DNA from: Octopus sinensis
Lineage: Eukaryota
Length of the DNA: 64,000 bases
Reading direction: 5' to 3'
NCBI RefSeq assembly: GCF_006345805.1
Contig: NC_043008.1
Coordinates: forward strand, 15,748,001 to 15,812,000
Below are positions 28,090-40,469 of this stretch, piece after piece (the stretch's first letter is position 1; every line of letters starts with the position of its first letter). The notes below the pieces were generated by a model that was given only the letters and a program-made list of their open reading frames with translations, was not told where the DNA came from and searched no databases. The translations under genes were made by a program, and so were the position numbers.

Positions 28090-28330
28090 TATTAAAACAA
28101 TGTTTACATCTTATTCGTAATTCCTACCTACGGATAATGAGGCTACTCGAAGCTTTGAATATTTGGAATGATTCCTCTAGGCAAGGTTTACATCTCGTCC
28201 CACATATTTCATAAGGTTTAACTCTGCAGAAGTGATCATTTGAGTTAGCATTCTTATTTTTCTTCCATATTAACTTGGTAAGGGATATAACATTTTCCTT
28301 ATTCTTATACATCAATTGCTTCAACCTTAT
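28090..28330 (-). mobile_element. Penelope-like element GIY-YIG C-terminal remnant
   Basis: SLTKLIWKKNKN...CRVKPYEICGTRCKPCLEESFQIFKASSSLIIRR matches the PLE pattern SLSKxIWxLK...AKPY...RCxLCLxEKxxI...LLNxR. Confidence 0.6.
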
Positions 28331-28615
28331 TGTAGCCTGCCTTCACCTATTCAACTTGAACCTCCCAATCTTGCCCCACTTTCCCTGTACAAAAGTCATT
28401 CTTCAAGTGAGCTGTTTGTTATTTTCAGCAAGGGCGCTAACGCAAGTAGCATCAATTTTCTTAGGTCGTTCAATTTACCTCAATAGATCAATACACGAAT
28501 TGTGTAAACCTATGTATAATGATTATTGGAAACAGGTGTAAGTCAAATTTGCTCTAAGAAAGGAATCATATATAATGACCATTATTTTGAACTTCCCTCC
28601 TACACCCAGCACACT

Positions 28616-28655
<40 letters not shown>

Positions 28656-29238
28656 CAATAAAATAAACTGGGAAAAACACAAGAAAAAACCGCAACGCGA
28701 GGAGGTGGTACAGGCAAAATATTAATAAGACGCTTACTGTTATTGTATCCTACAACGGGCGTAAGAGTAAGAAATGAAAACCTAATCCTAATGGTTTTCA
28801 TTTCTTTTATTGCAAATTCTTCTAGAAGTATACCTACCGTTTGCTTTTCACTCACTGCAATTTTTTTTATCCTTGCTCCATCGTTCCATTTTAAGTACAC
28901 AATACATGTTATGTTGTTTTCTGTCCAGATGTAAAATAAATCCGTATAAATCTCCTCTCATTCCCCCATATCCCCTGTCGCCTTTCCTCTCCCCTCCCTT
29001 CTCCTTTCTCATCCCTCCTCCTCTCCATTCCCTCCCGTCCCCCTCCCCTCTGAACTCTCCCCTCTGTCTATATATACTTATATATCGGTATATACATGTG
29101 TGTGTATATATATATGTACACATATATATATATATACATACATACAGACGTACACACAAATACACAGACACAAACACACATACACACATATGAGCGCAAC
29201 GTACACGGACACACGCACGTACATACATACAGGTATAT

Positions 29239-29274
<36 letters not shown>

Positions 29275-29688
29275 TATATATATATTATATATATATATTC
29301 TTTTTGAAATTAGAAATATGATATTTGAAAGTCTGGAAATTGCTCAAGGCATTGGGTGAATGAATTAATAGTAATTATTCCAATGAGAAATTATATTCTC
29401 GTCAGACTTTATACATACAGATGAACTTATATATAGAATACTTACCTAGCAATATGACACCAGCTTATAAGTGCAAAGGTAAAGATGTTACAGATGATAG
29501 GAATTTTTGACGTACCACGTTTGAAGGAAATTAGATTTAGTGTGTTTTAAATCTGTGTTTCACTATTCACTTATGCCTGAGAATCAGACATTTTGAAACC
29601 TTACCACGGCTACTATATATAAAGGTTCAGATATAATGTTCATTAGAATGGAATTTTTGTTCAATCCCAATATGTATATATCTATATA

Positions 29689-29726
<38 letters not shown>

Positions 29727-29814
29727 TATATATATAAATATATATATATACATACACATATATTGTGTGTATATATATAATATATATATATATATAGTGA
29801 CGTATTTTAGCCAT

Positions 29815-30260
29815 TTCAATATGGCTAACCCCTAAGGGTGGATGCTACTGTAGTTTTTAGCCCCAGGAGGACACACTCCTCCAGTGGCCATAGACACACT
29901 TTCTGTGTCCTGTCAGTATTTGCAAAGGGAAGTCATCCTTCCCGTCTTCAACTTATGATACACACGGACTCGAGTTTCGAGGTATTGACCTCTCGTCAGC
30001 GTGTGACAATCATAGGTGTCGCCGAGAATTAGATTGCCTTCACAAATACTTATACTTTTTCCAGCGCCCAGCGAGTTTTCTTCTGTTTTTTTTTTCCTGT
30101 GCCCTGGGAACCTAAAAGAACGCCCAATGTCTCTTTTCCGAAGGTATCGCTGCTTGAATTGAGAAATATTAAGTTGTTTTTCTCCAGGCGGGCGCAAGAC
30201 CACGTCGAGGAATCCTTAGTTGTAAGAATTTCTAGCAGTGGTAATTCTTGCTAACATTTC
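29815..30260 (-). mobile_element. GC-richer repeat fragment carrying a hammerhead ribozyme (probable Penelope-like 3'/pLTR remnant)
   Basis: Sharp composition change next to (TA)n; contains the motif at 29961-30005; PLE origin inferred from the known association of PLEs with minimal hammerheads. Confidence 0.55.
29961..30005 (-). ncRNA. Minimal type-I hammerhead ribozyme
   Basis: Minus strand: CACACG-CUGACGA-GAGG(UCAAUA)CCUC-GAAA-CUCGAG-UC-CGUGUG; complete core, 6-bp stem I, 4-bp stem II, palindromic stem III (ACUCGAGU), GUC cleavage triplet. Confidence 0.9.
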
Positions 30261-30409
30261 CGGCAATATTAACCGTCATAGTGGTTGTAATCATCGTAGT
30301 TATTTTAGTATTTGAGGTAATAATACTCATCTTACGCTAAATCTAATACTAAAGTTCCATCTTAGCACTGTGATGTATATTAATATTTAACCGAAAAAAA
30401 AACAAGGAG

Positions 30410-30825
30410 TGGCGCAGGAGTGGCTGTGTGGTAAGTAGCTTGCTAACCAACCACATAGTTCCGGGTTCAGTCCCACTGCGTGGCATCTTGGGTAAGTGTC
30501 TTCTGCTATAGCCCCGGGCCGACCTATGCCTTGTGAGTGGATTTGGTAGACGGAAACTGAAAGAAGCCTGTCGTATATATGTATGTATATATATATATAT
30601 ATATAAGTGTGTGTGTATATGTTTGTGTGTCTGTGTTTGTCCCCCTAGCATTGCTTGACAACCGATGCTGGTGTGTTTACGCCCCCGTCACCTAGCGGTT
30701 CGGCAAAAGAGACCGATAGAATAAGTACTGGGCTTACAAAGAATAAGTCCCGGGGTCGATTTGCTCGACTAAAGGCGGTTGCTGCAGCATGGCCGCAGTC
30801 AAATGACCTGAAACAAGTAAAAGAA
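30410..30825 (+). mobile_element. SINE family C, near full length
   Basis: ggcgcaggagtggctgtgtggtaag...ccgggttcagtccc head plus the family C body and tail. Confidence 0.92.
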
Positions 30826-31608
30826 AAAAAGAAAAAGAAAAAAAAACCAACAACATTGAGAAGCGAAATTCCAATTTTCGATGTCAGAAATTATACTTTT
30901 ATCCCAGTATCACCACGCCACCCCCAGTATCGGGATAAATGTGTTGCTAGGTTTACAGAAGTAAGGCCTTAATTGTCTTGACAACGAGCTGTGCCACTGA
31001 CAGACAAAATTCAATAGACAACGTCTTTAACATAGTGATCTGACACATTATCAATTTCCCCCGGTGCGATTATTAAATATGTTTCAATAATCTATTTATT
31101 CTGTCAAGGGATGAAAATTCTCCTCAAGGTCTAGCAAATTTGTTGAGCTGTTCGTTAAATCTACTCTGCAATATCATATTTTGACGGCGGCGTGTTCACA
31201 AATATCAATTATCTCAAGGAAAGGATTACAACAGAAAATATTGAATAAAACAGAACTTATTGATTCTATCTTCAATATATTTTATATCCTTTAATTTCTT
31301 CACGTGTGGTGCTGGCTATTTGAACCAATGCATTATTCATTGGTCTAGAGAGAGAGAGAGAGAAGGGGGGGAAAGAAAAAAAGTTATCATGTAGACATAT
31401 TTTTATGAAAATATTGAAGAAGCAATTACAGACTCCACGATTACAATAATAGGAGGTCATTTTGTATTTTTGTAAGACATTAAAAATCAATATGTTAAAT
31501 ACAAGTACATACAGTCGTATATCGCCATACGTAGGTGCGCACAGATAAACACATATACACAGATGTTTATGGAATACAGAGAGAAAGGTGTATATATGCA
31601 TATATATA

Positions 31609-31655
<47 letters not shown>

Positions 31656-31704
31656 ACTACGTACCTATGTTTCTATGTATGTATGTATATGTTTGAAGTT
31701 GTAT

Positions 31705-31878
31705 AGGTATTCTTTTATTTGTTTCAGTCATTTGACAGCGGCCATGCTGCAGCACCGCCTTTAGTCGAGCAAATCCACCCCAATACTTATTCTTTATAAG
31801 CCTAGTACTTATTTTGCGTGATCATACCAGCATCGGTCGTCAAGCGATTTGGGGCGAACAAATACACACACACACATG

Positions 31879-31922
<44 letters not shown>

Positions 31923-32080
31923 GTGTGTGTGTGTGTGTGTGTACTACGGGCTTCTTTCAGTTTCTGTCCACCAAATCTACTCACAAGTCTTTGGCCGGCC
32001 CGAGGCTATAGTAGAAAGTACTTGTCCAAGGTGTCACGCGACTGAACCTGGAAGCATGTCGTTGGTAAGCAAGCTACTTT
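31705..32080 (-). mobile_element. SINE family C copy
   Basis: Reverse complement of the family C unit. Confidence 0.88.
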
Positions 32081-32120
32081 ATTTCATAATATTTGCAATA
32101 AGGCAATACATAGAGGGTGA

Positions 32121-32366
32121 AGGCGCGTGGCTTAGTGGTTAGGGTGCTGGATTCATAGTCGTAAGATTGTTGTTTCGTTTCCTGGACCGGGCGATGTGTT
32201 GTGTTACTGAGTAAAATACCTCATTTCACGTTGCTACAGTCCACTCAGCTGACAAAAATGAGTAATCCTATGACGGATCGGCGTCCCGTCAAGGTGGGGA
32301 GTTTCTACGCTACTGAAACCGCGAAACCGGGAAACCGGCCGTCATGAGCCTGGCATGTCTTGAGAA

Positions 32367-32368
<2 letters not shown>
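32121..32368 (+). mobile_element. SINE family B copy
   Basis: aggcgcgtggcttagtggttagg head; gaaaccgggaaaccggcc...atgagcctggc tail. Confidence 0.88.
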
Positions 32369-32405
<37 letters not shown>

Positions 32406-33524
32406 GTATATACTTACATATATTTACATACATTTATACATACGTATATATATGTGTGCCTGTGTGTTTGCGTAATTTGAGTCAGTGTGTTTATTAATAG
32501 ATATGTAGTGATCAAACTTGTACACACGTATTAGATAATACATCACCTTAAATGAATTGCAAAAATATAAATTCAGAATGTAAAGAAATAATTCAACGTT
32601 ATCGATAAGTTATATATATCGATAAGTTATATCGATAAGCATATTTATGTACCAAATTCGACGGACATGGCAAGTCGAAAAACATAAGGAACTTTAATTG
32701 GGAATATTAAAATTAATCAGTAACACCGATATTGGTAGAAGCGCACTTATTTAGCGAGTGAGAAGGCCAGATTAATATTTAAAAGAATAACCTTATATTA
32801 TCTTCCTAGGAAGGATGAATTGATAATCAATATGAAGATTTATATTTAGTGTGTAACAAAAAAAAAAATTATTATCCTCTCTGGTGGAACTCAAACGTGT
32901 AGAGCACTGAAGCAACTTTTGTTCTATTTACTTCGTTAATGATATTTGAATAGCATAAAACGTGGAAGCAATCTAGTTGCTGCCGTATCATAATACTATT
33001 TAAATAATTTCTTTTCAATTACATTGATAATGATTTTTATGAAAATCGATGGATGATACGCGACGATTTTCTTCACTTTACAATATATGGATTTCCCATC
33101 TCACTATAAAGAAATTAATAGTGAAACGTATGTTTCAGAGTATTTTGACCAAAGTGGCTATCAGATATTTATGATATAATTTTACTTTGACACTGTGCCG
33201 AACTGTGAATTCTACAGAATCTCTGCGCAGTTTTCGAACAGTGTTGCTGTGGTATCGTATAATGTGCTATACGCTTGTATGCTCTAAGAAGAACTCTATA
33301 TCGCATGCCTTTTGCTGAGAAAATGCAACTGATACAGACAAGTGCCGTTTGATTCTTACACACGCTGTCTCATAGACGTATGTAAAGCAAAGATTCAACA
33401 CATAGAATTACACTGTTTTTTTTTTTCATTAATACTTGCGTATTATTTATCAGCCAGATCCTTCGATAAACATTATCCTTAATATGTTGTAAAAAATGAC
33501 AATATAATTGATTGAGACGTTGGC

Positions 33525-33700
33525 AGTAGGCCAGCAATGTTGTAGGGAAGGGGTTTAGTCTATTACATCAACCTTAGAACTCGATTGGTAGTTTAGGTTA
33601 TCGACCCCTCGGAGGGATTTGAATTCAGAACGTAATGAACTGGAAGAAATGCCGCTATGCTTTTTATTCTATGCGATAACGATTCTAACTGTTCCCACAC
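33525..33700 (-). mobile_element. Degenerate SINE family A-variant copy
   Basis: gatttgaattcagaacgtaa...gaaatgccgcta block. Confidence 0.6.
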
Positions 33701-34917
33701 CTAATAATATGGAGCTAGGTGTTTTGTGGTCTTTGGCTACTTTCGTGAAGGTCGATTCTGATCCTGCCTTGAGAAGATATGAATTAATGCATTAACAAGT
33801 TCTATCATTCCGGTTCGCAGAACGTTCCTTTCCGATTTAGAAGTAAGGAGATCGTCTTAATAATAATACTTCACAGCAGAATGTGAGAGGCGAAAAATAC
33901 ATCAACGGATTCTCCTTCTAATAGGTTTTGAATCATTTTAACATAAAAAAGAAACATTAAAATTTTTCTTCTAGCGCTTTAATTTTCATAGTATAACAAG
34001 CCGACTGCATGTATTTTACAGTTGATAATTAGGTTCATATAATGCACTTCTACTCTGGTAAGTGCAATTAACGTCCACGTGAATTAATTAAGTTAACAGC
34101 GAGCAGAAACCCCATATATTTCATAGCTTTACTAAGCCGGAGTACAATATTACTGAACATTGTTACTACAGTTTGTAAACTTGATGCGAAATCTACACAT
34201 GCTCTTAAATAATAGTGGCATTCATATCCGAAGTGTTCTATATTCATAACAGAAGTACAAGTTGCTCTGGATATATTATAGGAATTTAAATGAAGAGAAA
34301 GCATTTATCATAGTCAATATTAATTATTTACACAATATTGCTTTCTCGTTTTAAATTGAATCAAGGCTCAAAATGAGATATTAATTATTTCGAAGTCATT
34401 AATATGTCAGAAATAGTTATGAGACTTTATCGCCTCGTAGAATTGCAATTACTAAATAACTAACGATAAAAATGTGTCCAAAGAAGGAAAAAAACAATGA
34501 AAACCGTAGGTAATAACTTCAATAGAATTTAATATTATAGAAGGAGAATGTAAGTGTAGCAAATTTACGCTTAAAAGTACTTTTGTAAAGTGTAGTTAAA
34601 ATATCCAATATTTAATCACGTACGAAATATTGAAGACATATCAACTTCCATTTCTTATAATTTTCTTGGAATAGCAATAGCAATTTCGATTAACATATTT
34701 TAAAAAGAAAGAAACAATGCAAATTTCAAACACAAGACAATGGATAGCAAATAACAACCTTTCGAGCATAATTATAAGACGCATAATTGAAATTATCAAT
34801 AAAATTTGCATAATGGTTGCGCATTTCTGAACATCATTAAGAGTGTTATTGTACACAGTCACACCTGCAAATATGTGTACCCGTGTTAGCAGGTGTTTCT
34901 TTGTGTATGTAACAAAT

Positions 34918-34988
<71 letters not shown>

Positions 34989-35484
34989 ACACACACTCGC
35001 AGACGTTCAAAGATACACATATGTATGCATACTCAGGGCATGAGACAGTAAATATTTCGTAATTTAATACAGCAACACTAATCTAGGGAAAACACTAATT
35101 AATTTAAATAAAAATCGTGCACATCTATTCTTGATAAGCTATCTTCAATGATTATTATATGGATATAACTTCAGCGATTCGATGATTGTCTCAATGTGAA
35201 GCTGGAATCGGTGTCATGACTACGCTAAAAAGTTCTTATCCAATTTCAACATTCACGTGGGCACCGGCGGACTTTAGCGGAGCATATTGTGACACATATG
35301 GCCTTCCAATGTGTACATCTTTCATCGTATATTTTACAACTTTTTGCATGGTTTCCATTCCTTGTGTAGGCATTTTATCTTCCATGGAGGATCTGAAATA
35401 AATAAAAAACAATTGAATTGGCTTGAACTGAGTAATATTCTAATACTTTTGAGCCACTAATTACACTTAATACACTATACATAC

Positions 35485-35536
<52 letters not shown>

Positions 35537-35599
35537 TATATATATATAATATATATATATATATATCGAATCGCCATGTTGAATCGCTAGCTTCTGCAC

Positions 35600-35780
35600 G
35601 CATTTTTTTTCTCTCCTTGTTTCTTTCTGTGTTTCTTTTCTGTGTATCTTTCTGTTGAAGAGCGTAGGCTCGAAACGTAAAAGACTTGTTTTATTTATAT
35701 TCCTGAGTGCCATACTAATACAATTGATTGTTTGCACCCCACCTGCCTTCGTCTTTTGTTTATTTTCATAAAGCTTCCCG
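35600..35780 (+). mobile_element. Short repeat between (TA)n tracts with a hammerhead-like motif (copy 1)
   Basis: Homologous to 45930-46070 (-); motif TCTTT-CTGTTGA-A-GAGC(GTAG)GCTC-GAAAC-GTA-AAAGA at 35647-35684. Confidence 0.7.
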
Positions 35781-35828
<48 letters not shown>

Positions 35829-36094
35829 TATCCAACGGTTGTTACATTTAGTGCAATGTACACTTCTTGATTAGCCTCAGGTCTCATGATATACTCAATC
35901 GTATACATACCCTGGATGTATTCCTCCAATTTTGTCGTCTACACTTTTCAACCCGACTCGGTGCCTTACCATGTATGTGCCTGATTCATTTGAATCCCGA
36001 TCTATTATATATACACACTGGACGTAGTGGAAGTAGTTCAGAAGATGCGAAGTGAGGTGCTACTGACATAACAACGAATGTAAGCATAACACCA

Positions 36095-36317
36095 CATTTT
36101 ACTCTAGGCCGCAAGGCCTGAATCACTTTGAAGGGACTAGTCGACAACATCAACCCCAGTACACCACTGATACATATTTCATTGACCCCAAAATGATGAA
36201 GTCAAAGTAAGTGCAACGCCGACTTGAACTCTGAACATCAAGACAGAAAAATTGCCGATAGTATTTTGTCCTGTGAGCTAACGTAACAGCCACCTCGTCG
36301 CCTAAGAAAGTCATAAC

Positions 36318-36386
<69 letters not shown>

Positions 36387-36575
36387 GGTTTGAATTTGGC
36401 AAAGGCTCAGTAGGTGTTTTAGAGGGAAGATGAACGTTTATTACATCGACACAGTGCGTGGCTGTTACCTAATTCATTGAAAGAAAGAAAAGCAACATCG
36501 ATTTCAGCGGAATCCCAACTCAGAACGTAAAGACGGTCGAAAGGCTACTCAGCATTTTATCCAGCGTGCTAACAC
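36095..36575 (-). mobile_element. Two degenerate SINE A-variant copies separated by (AAT)n (36318-36383)
   Basis: ttgaactc(t/a)gaac B-box complements and shared body blocks. Confidence 0.65.
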
Positions 36576-38284
36576 TTTAGAAATTGAGAGTAACACTAAC
36601 ATTATATATTGGCCATAAGAACAGAACGAAAATCTGAAAATTTGTCCACCAAGTTGCGGTAGTTAAACCTATCGAAATCTTGCAGCTGATTCAATTTGTA
36701 AAACGTTCACCGAAGACAAGTGTCTTAGTCAATCTTCCCTCAACTCAAATATGATACTAAGAAGAAATTCATTATACTATTGTGTTGCCCCTCCTTCTTG
36801 TGATATGAATTTACTAATTTTGACAACTGCTTGTCAGAACTGATCATGTGCATGTTTTATTGGATATACAGTTGTTCCTGTTGTTGGTGCCTTGACACAT
36901 GTCATTTCCAATTATTTTCTATTGATGTCATTAATTGCTGAAATTGTTATGCTACTCCATATCAGTGTCATTGGGCAAATCTGTTTCTAACAATTTTACC
37001 AGTGTTGACAATTCCATTATTTTTTACGTGTGCACGAGAGACTATGATGCATGTCCCCCTTATATACCTACTATTATGCAAGCAGCTAGAGTTTGATTTG
37101 AAGATTTGATCGATAAGCATTTTAGGTCGAGACAGCTGCATGAACTTACATATGTCATATTTTTCCATAAGCTAACGTTTAAAACGAATTCCAGCTCTTA
37201 TTTATCTGCTTGCTCATCATATAAATATTCCCGTGACAATCCTGTCTTAATTTTCAAAGAATACATCAGAGGCCTACATTATCCGATATTTAATCCCTGT
37301 ATCTTAAAATTCTACTATTGTGTCACGTTTGAGATGTAGTGATTATTTTAAGCAGATCTAACCGTTGCGTAGGCATCTCTATCTTGCCTTGACAATACGC
37401 TGGAAGATTTATGTCACAACTTTAGGATTCGTTATATAAACGAATAACCAACTCTCCACCAGGCTATCTTACATTGTCTCTCAACGTATCTATATTTTGG
37501 CTTTAATTATCTACATAGCAATCCTACCTCCGTCTCTATATATTAATCTCATTTCGTATGACCTCTTTCTGTATATCTATATATTGCATTTTCTCGCTTC
37601 CTTTCATCCTTATTGACATACACATATACAGTCGCTCATTCTGTCGCTCTCTCTTTATCTCTCTCCCAATCTTTTCTATGCTCGAGAGAGCTGAGTGTGT
37701 GACAGTAAAATAAAATAACATGGGTAAGATTGTTTGAGATGATTAAGAAAATTACGATCAAATTGAATTTAATAGCATGGATATATATATCGTAATCAAT
37801 GTTATGTACGTCTTTACTGTAAAATGTTGTATAACATTATATATGATTTTGTGAAAGAAGAAATGAATTCGGATAGATACCTACAGCTCACGTGCGTGTA
37901 TATATTTATCTCTGTGTATTTCTGCGTGTATTTGAGCTTGTGTGTGTATGTCAGTTTACATGTGTGTGTATGTATGTGTGTCTTTGTTAGGATATGATTA
38001 AGTTGTTTTATAATCAGAAGAAAGCTACACACTTCATCACAAAAGGCTCAATGGATTTACTGCTGGACAGAGGAACAAAGGGAATAAGAGAAAGAATTCT
38101 GATTTTCTGCAAGTAGAGTGTTGGTGATCTTGCTTGTACTGTGAATCGTCTTGTGTCATTCGATGGTGGCTTTCGTTTTTGCACAAGCTTAAACCTTTTA
38201 GTGAAACAAGATGTTTCTTCATACATTGAATATGCTAAGCGTTAAGACACAAAATATGTGTATGTACCTGTACGTATACATATA

Positions 38285-38782
<498 letters not shown>

Positions 38783-38888
38783 TCCGCCTACCAAAGACAA
38801 CACCGCCAACACCAACACCACTACTACGACGTCAAATGCTACATCCAAGCCTTCTGCTGCTAATACCACCAACACCAACACCACTACC

Positions 38889-40438
38889 ATGACTTCAATT
38901 AACACTGCCACAATTAACACTTCTACTGCCAAATTCAAAACGAATTTTGCGGACGTAACAAAACAAAAAAGAACAATTGTAACATTCACCACACAAGAGA
39001 TAAACCGCACAAGGCACTCTTCTCCAAAGAAGGAGACAAATTGCACCTTCATATTCCACAACACATCGTGGAAAACACGCAAAAAAAAAACAATAATTTA
39101 TAAAGAAATAAACAAAAAAACAAGAAGAACAGAAAATGCACCGCAGGAAAAAATCGATAAATGCCTTCGTCCTGTATGGGACTCCAAGGAATATATCAGT
39201 TGGGGAAACAAATTTGGTACAGTCCAAGTACGTTTCCTCAACGAAAGTTTAGCAAAACGTTTTTCCACATTGGAGCTACATTCGGACGACTTGGTAATGA
39301 TACCAGTCTATTTAAACAAAAGGGTCACGAAAGTCCAAATAAAAAACATACCATTTGATGTCGAAACACAATGGGTGGTCTCTGCCATCTGCTTTGAAAT
39401 GTCAGAGACAATGTCAGAGACAAACATCCTGGAAATCGCGGTTCTAGGAGAGAAAGACTATGTGGGCAAATCAATCGAATTCCTGCTTCAATTGGATGAA
39501 GCAGCAAGAGAGAAGATACCCACCGCTATAGAACTGCCAGGAGGCTACAAACTCTATATAGTGGTAGAGGGCAGGCGACCACGCTGCTATTTGTGTGGAA
39601 GCGAAACACACTTGAAAAAGACGTGCCCAACCACTGCACACCAAGAGCAACAACAACAACCACTACCACAACCAAAGCACTCCGGAAAAAAAGCTCTACT
39701 ACCCACACCACCATCAACACAGAAGACGACAAGAGAAGCACACCAAGCTAATCCGTCATCAACCAAAAACCACTCGACACCTGAAAAAATACCAACACTA
39801 CCATCAACAGCAAAACCCAAAGGAACAGAAAAACAAAGAAAACACACACAAACTGATCCCCCATCCCTTATACCGCACTCAACACACACAAACACTCAAA
39901 ACAACAACAACGAAAACAACAACACAACCACTTACACAGACATACCCCTACCCCCTTCTGATTCCTCAGAAATTTCGTCGGAAGACGAACCAGTGAGGAA
40001 TGGCAAATAGCTACAAAAAGAAGGAAAATAAAGAGCAGAAACACAACCAAACCAAATGCAAACACGAACAAAGCAGGGGGAAATACATCTCCCGAAGACA
40101 TTTCAAAACCCAACGCAAACAACAGCCACACCAACACCACAAAAACATATACAGCAAACATGCTCACAGCCATAGACACCAAAAACACAAATTTGATGGA
40201 ATACATCCAATCAAAAACAAACATAACAGAAGATGACATAAAAACAAACAACCACCCATACACAACACCACCAGACCACATCAAAATAATACACATCTCC
40301 AAAAGTCTGCACCACACACTCAAAGGCATTTTCCCCAGTGCGGTTGGTAAATGCCAAAAATATCTCACAAAGAAACTGTACTGGGATCTTCTCGAGGACA
40401 AACCAACGGAGGAGAAAGCAAAAACTTTCGAGCAGTAA
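38889..40438 (+). CDS. LINE ORF1 (gag-like nucleic-acid-binding protein, about 516 aa after correcting one frameshift near 39990)
   Basis: First ATG at 38889; CYLCGSETHLKKTC is a CX2CX4HX4C knuckle; the -1 frame continues EWQIATKRRK...EKAKTFEQ* to 40438; the frame is also open upstream to the element edge, so the true start is uncertain. Confidence 0.8.
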
Positions 40439-40469
40439 GTAACCCTCTGTATTCTAATTCATTAGAACT

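Noticed and set aside
36840-37330. Minus-strand ORF with a faint RT-like look (IDQIFKSN...YGVA)
   Set aside because: Too degenerate; no diagnostic motif in register.
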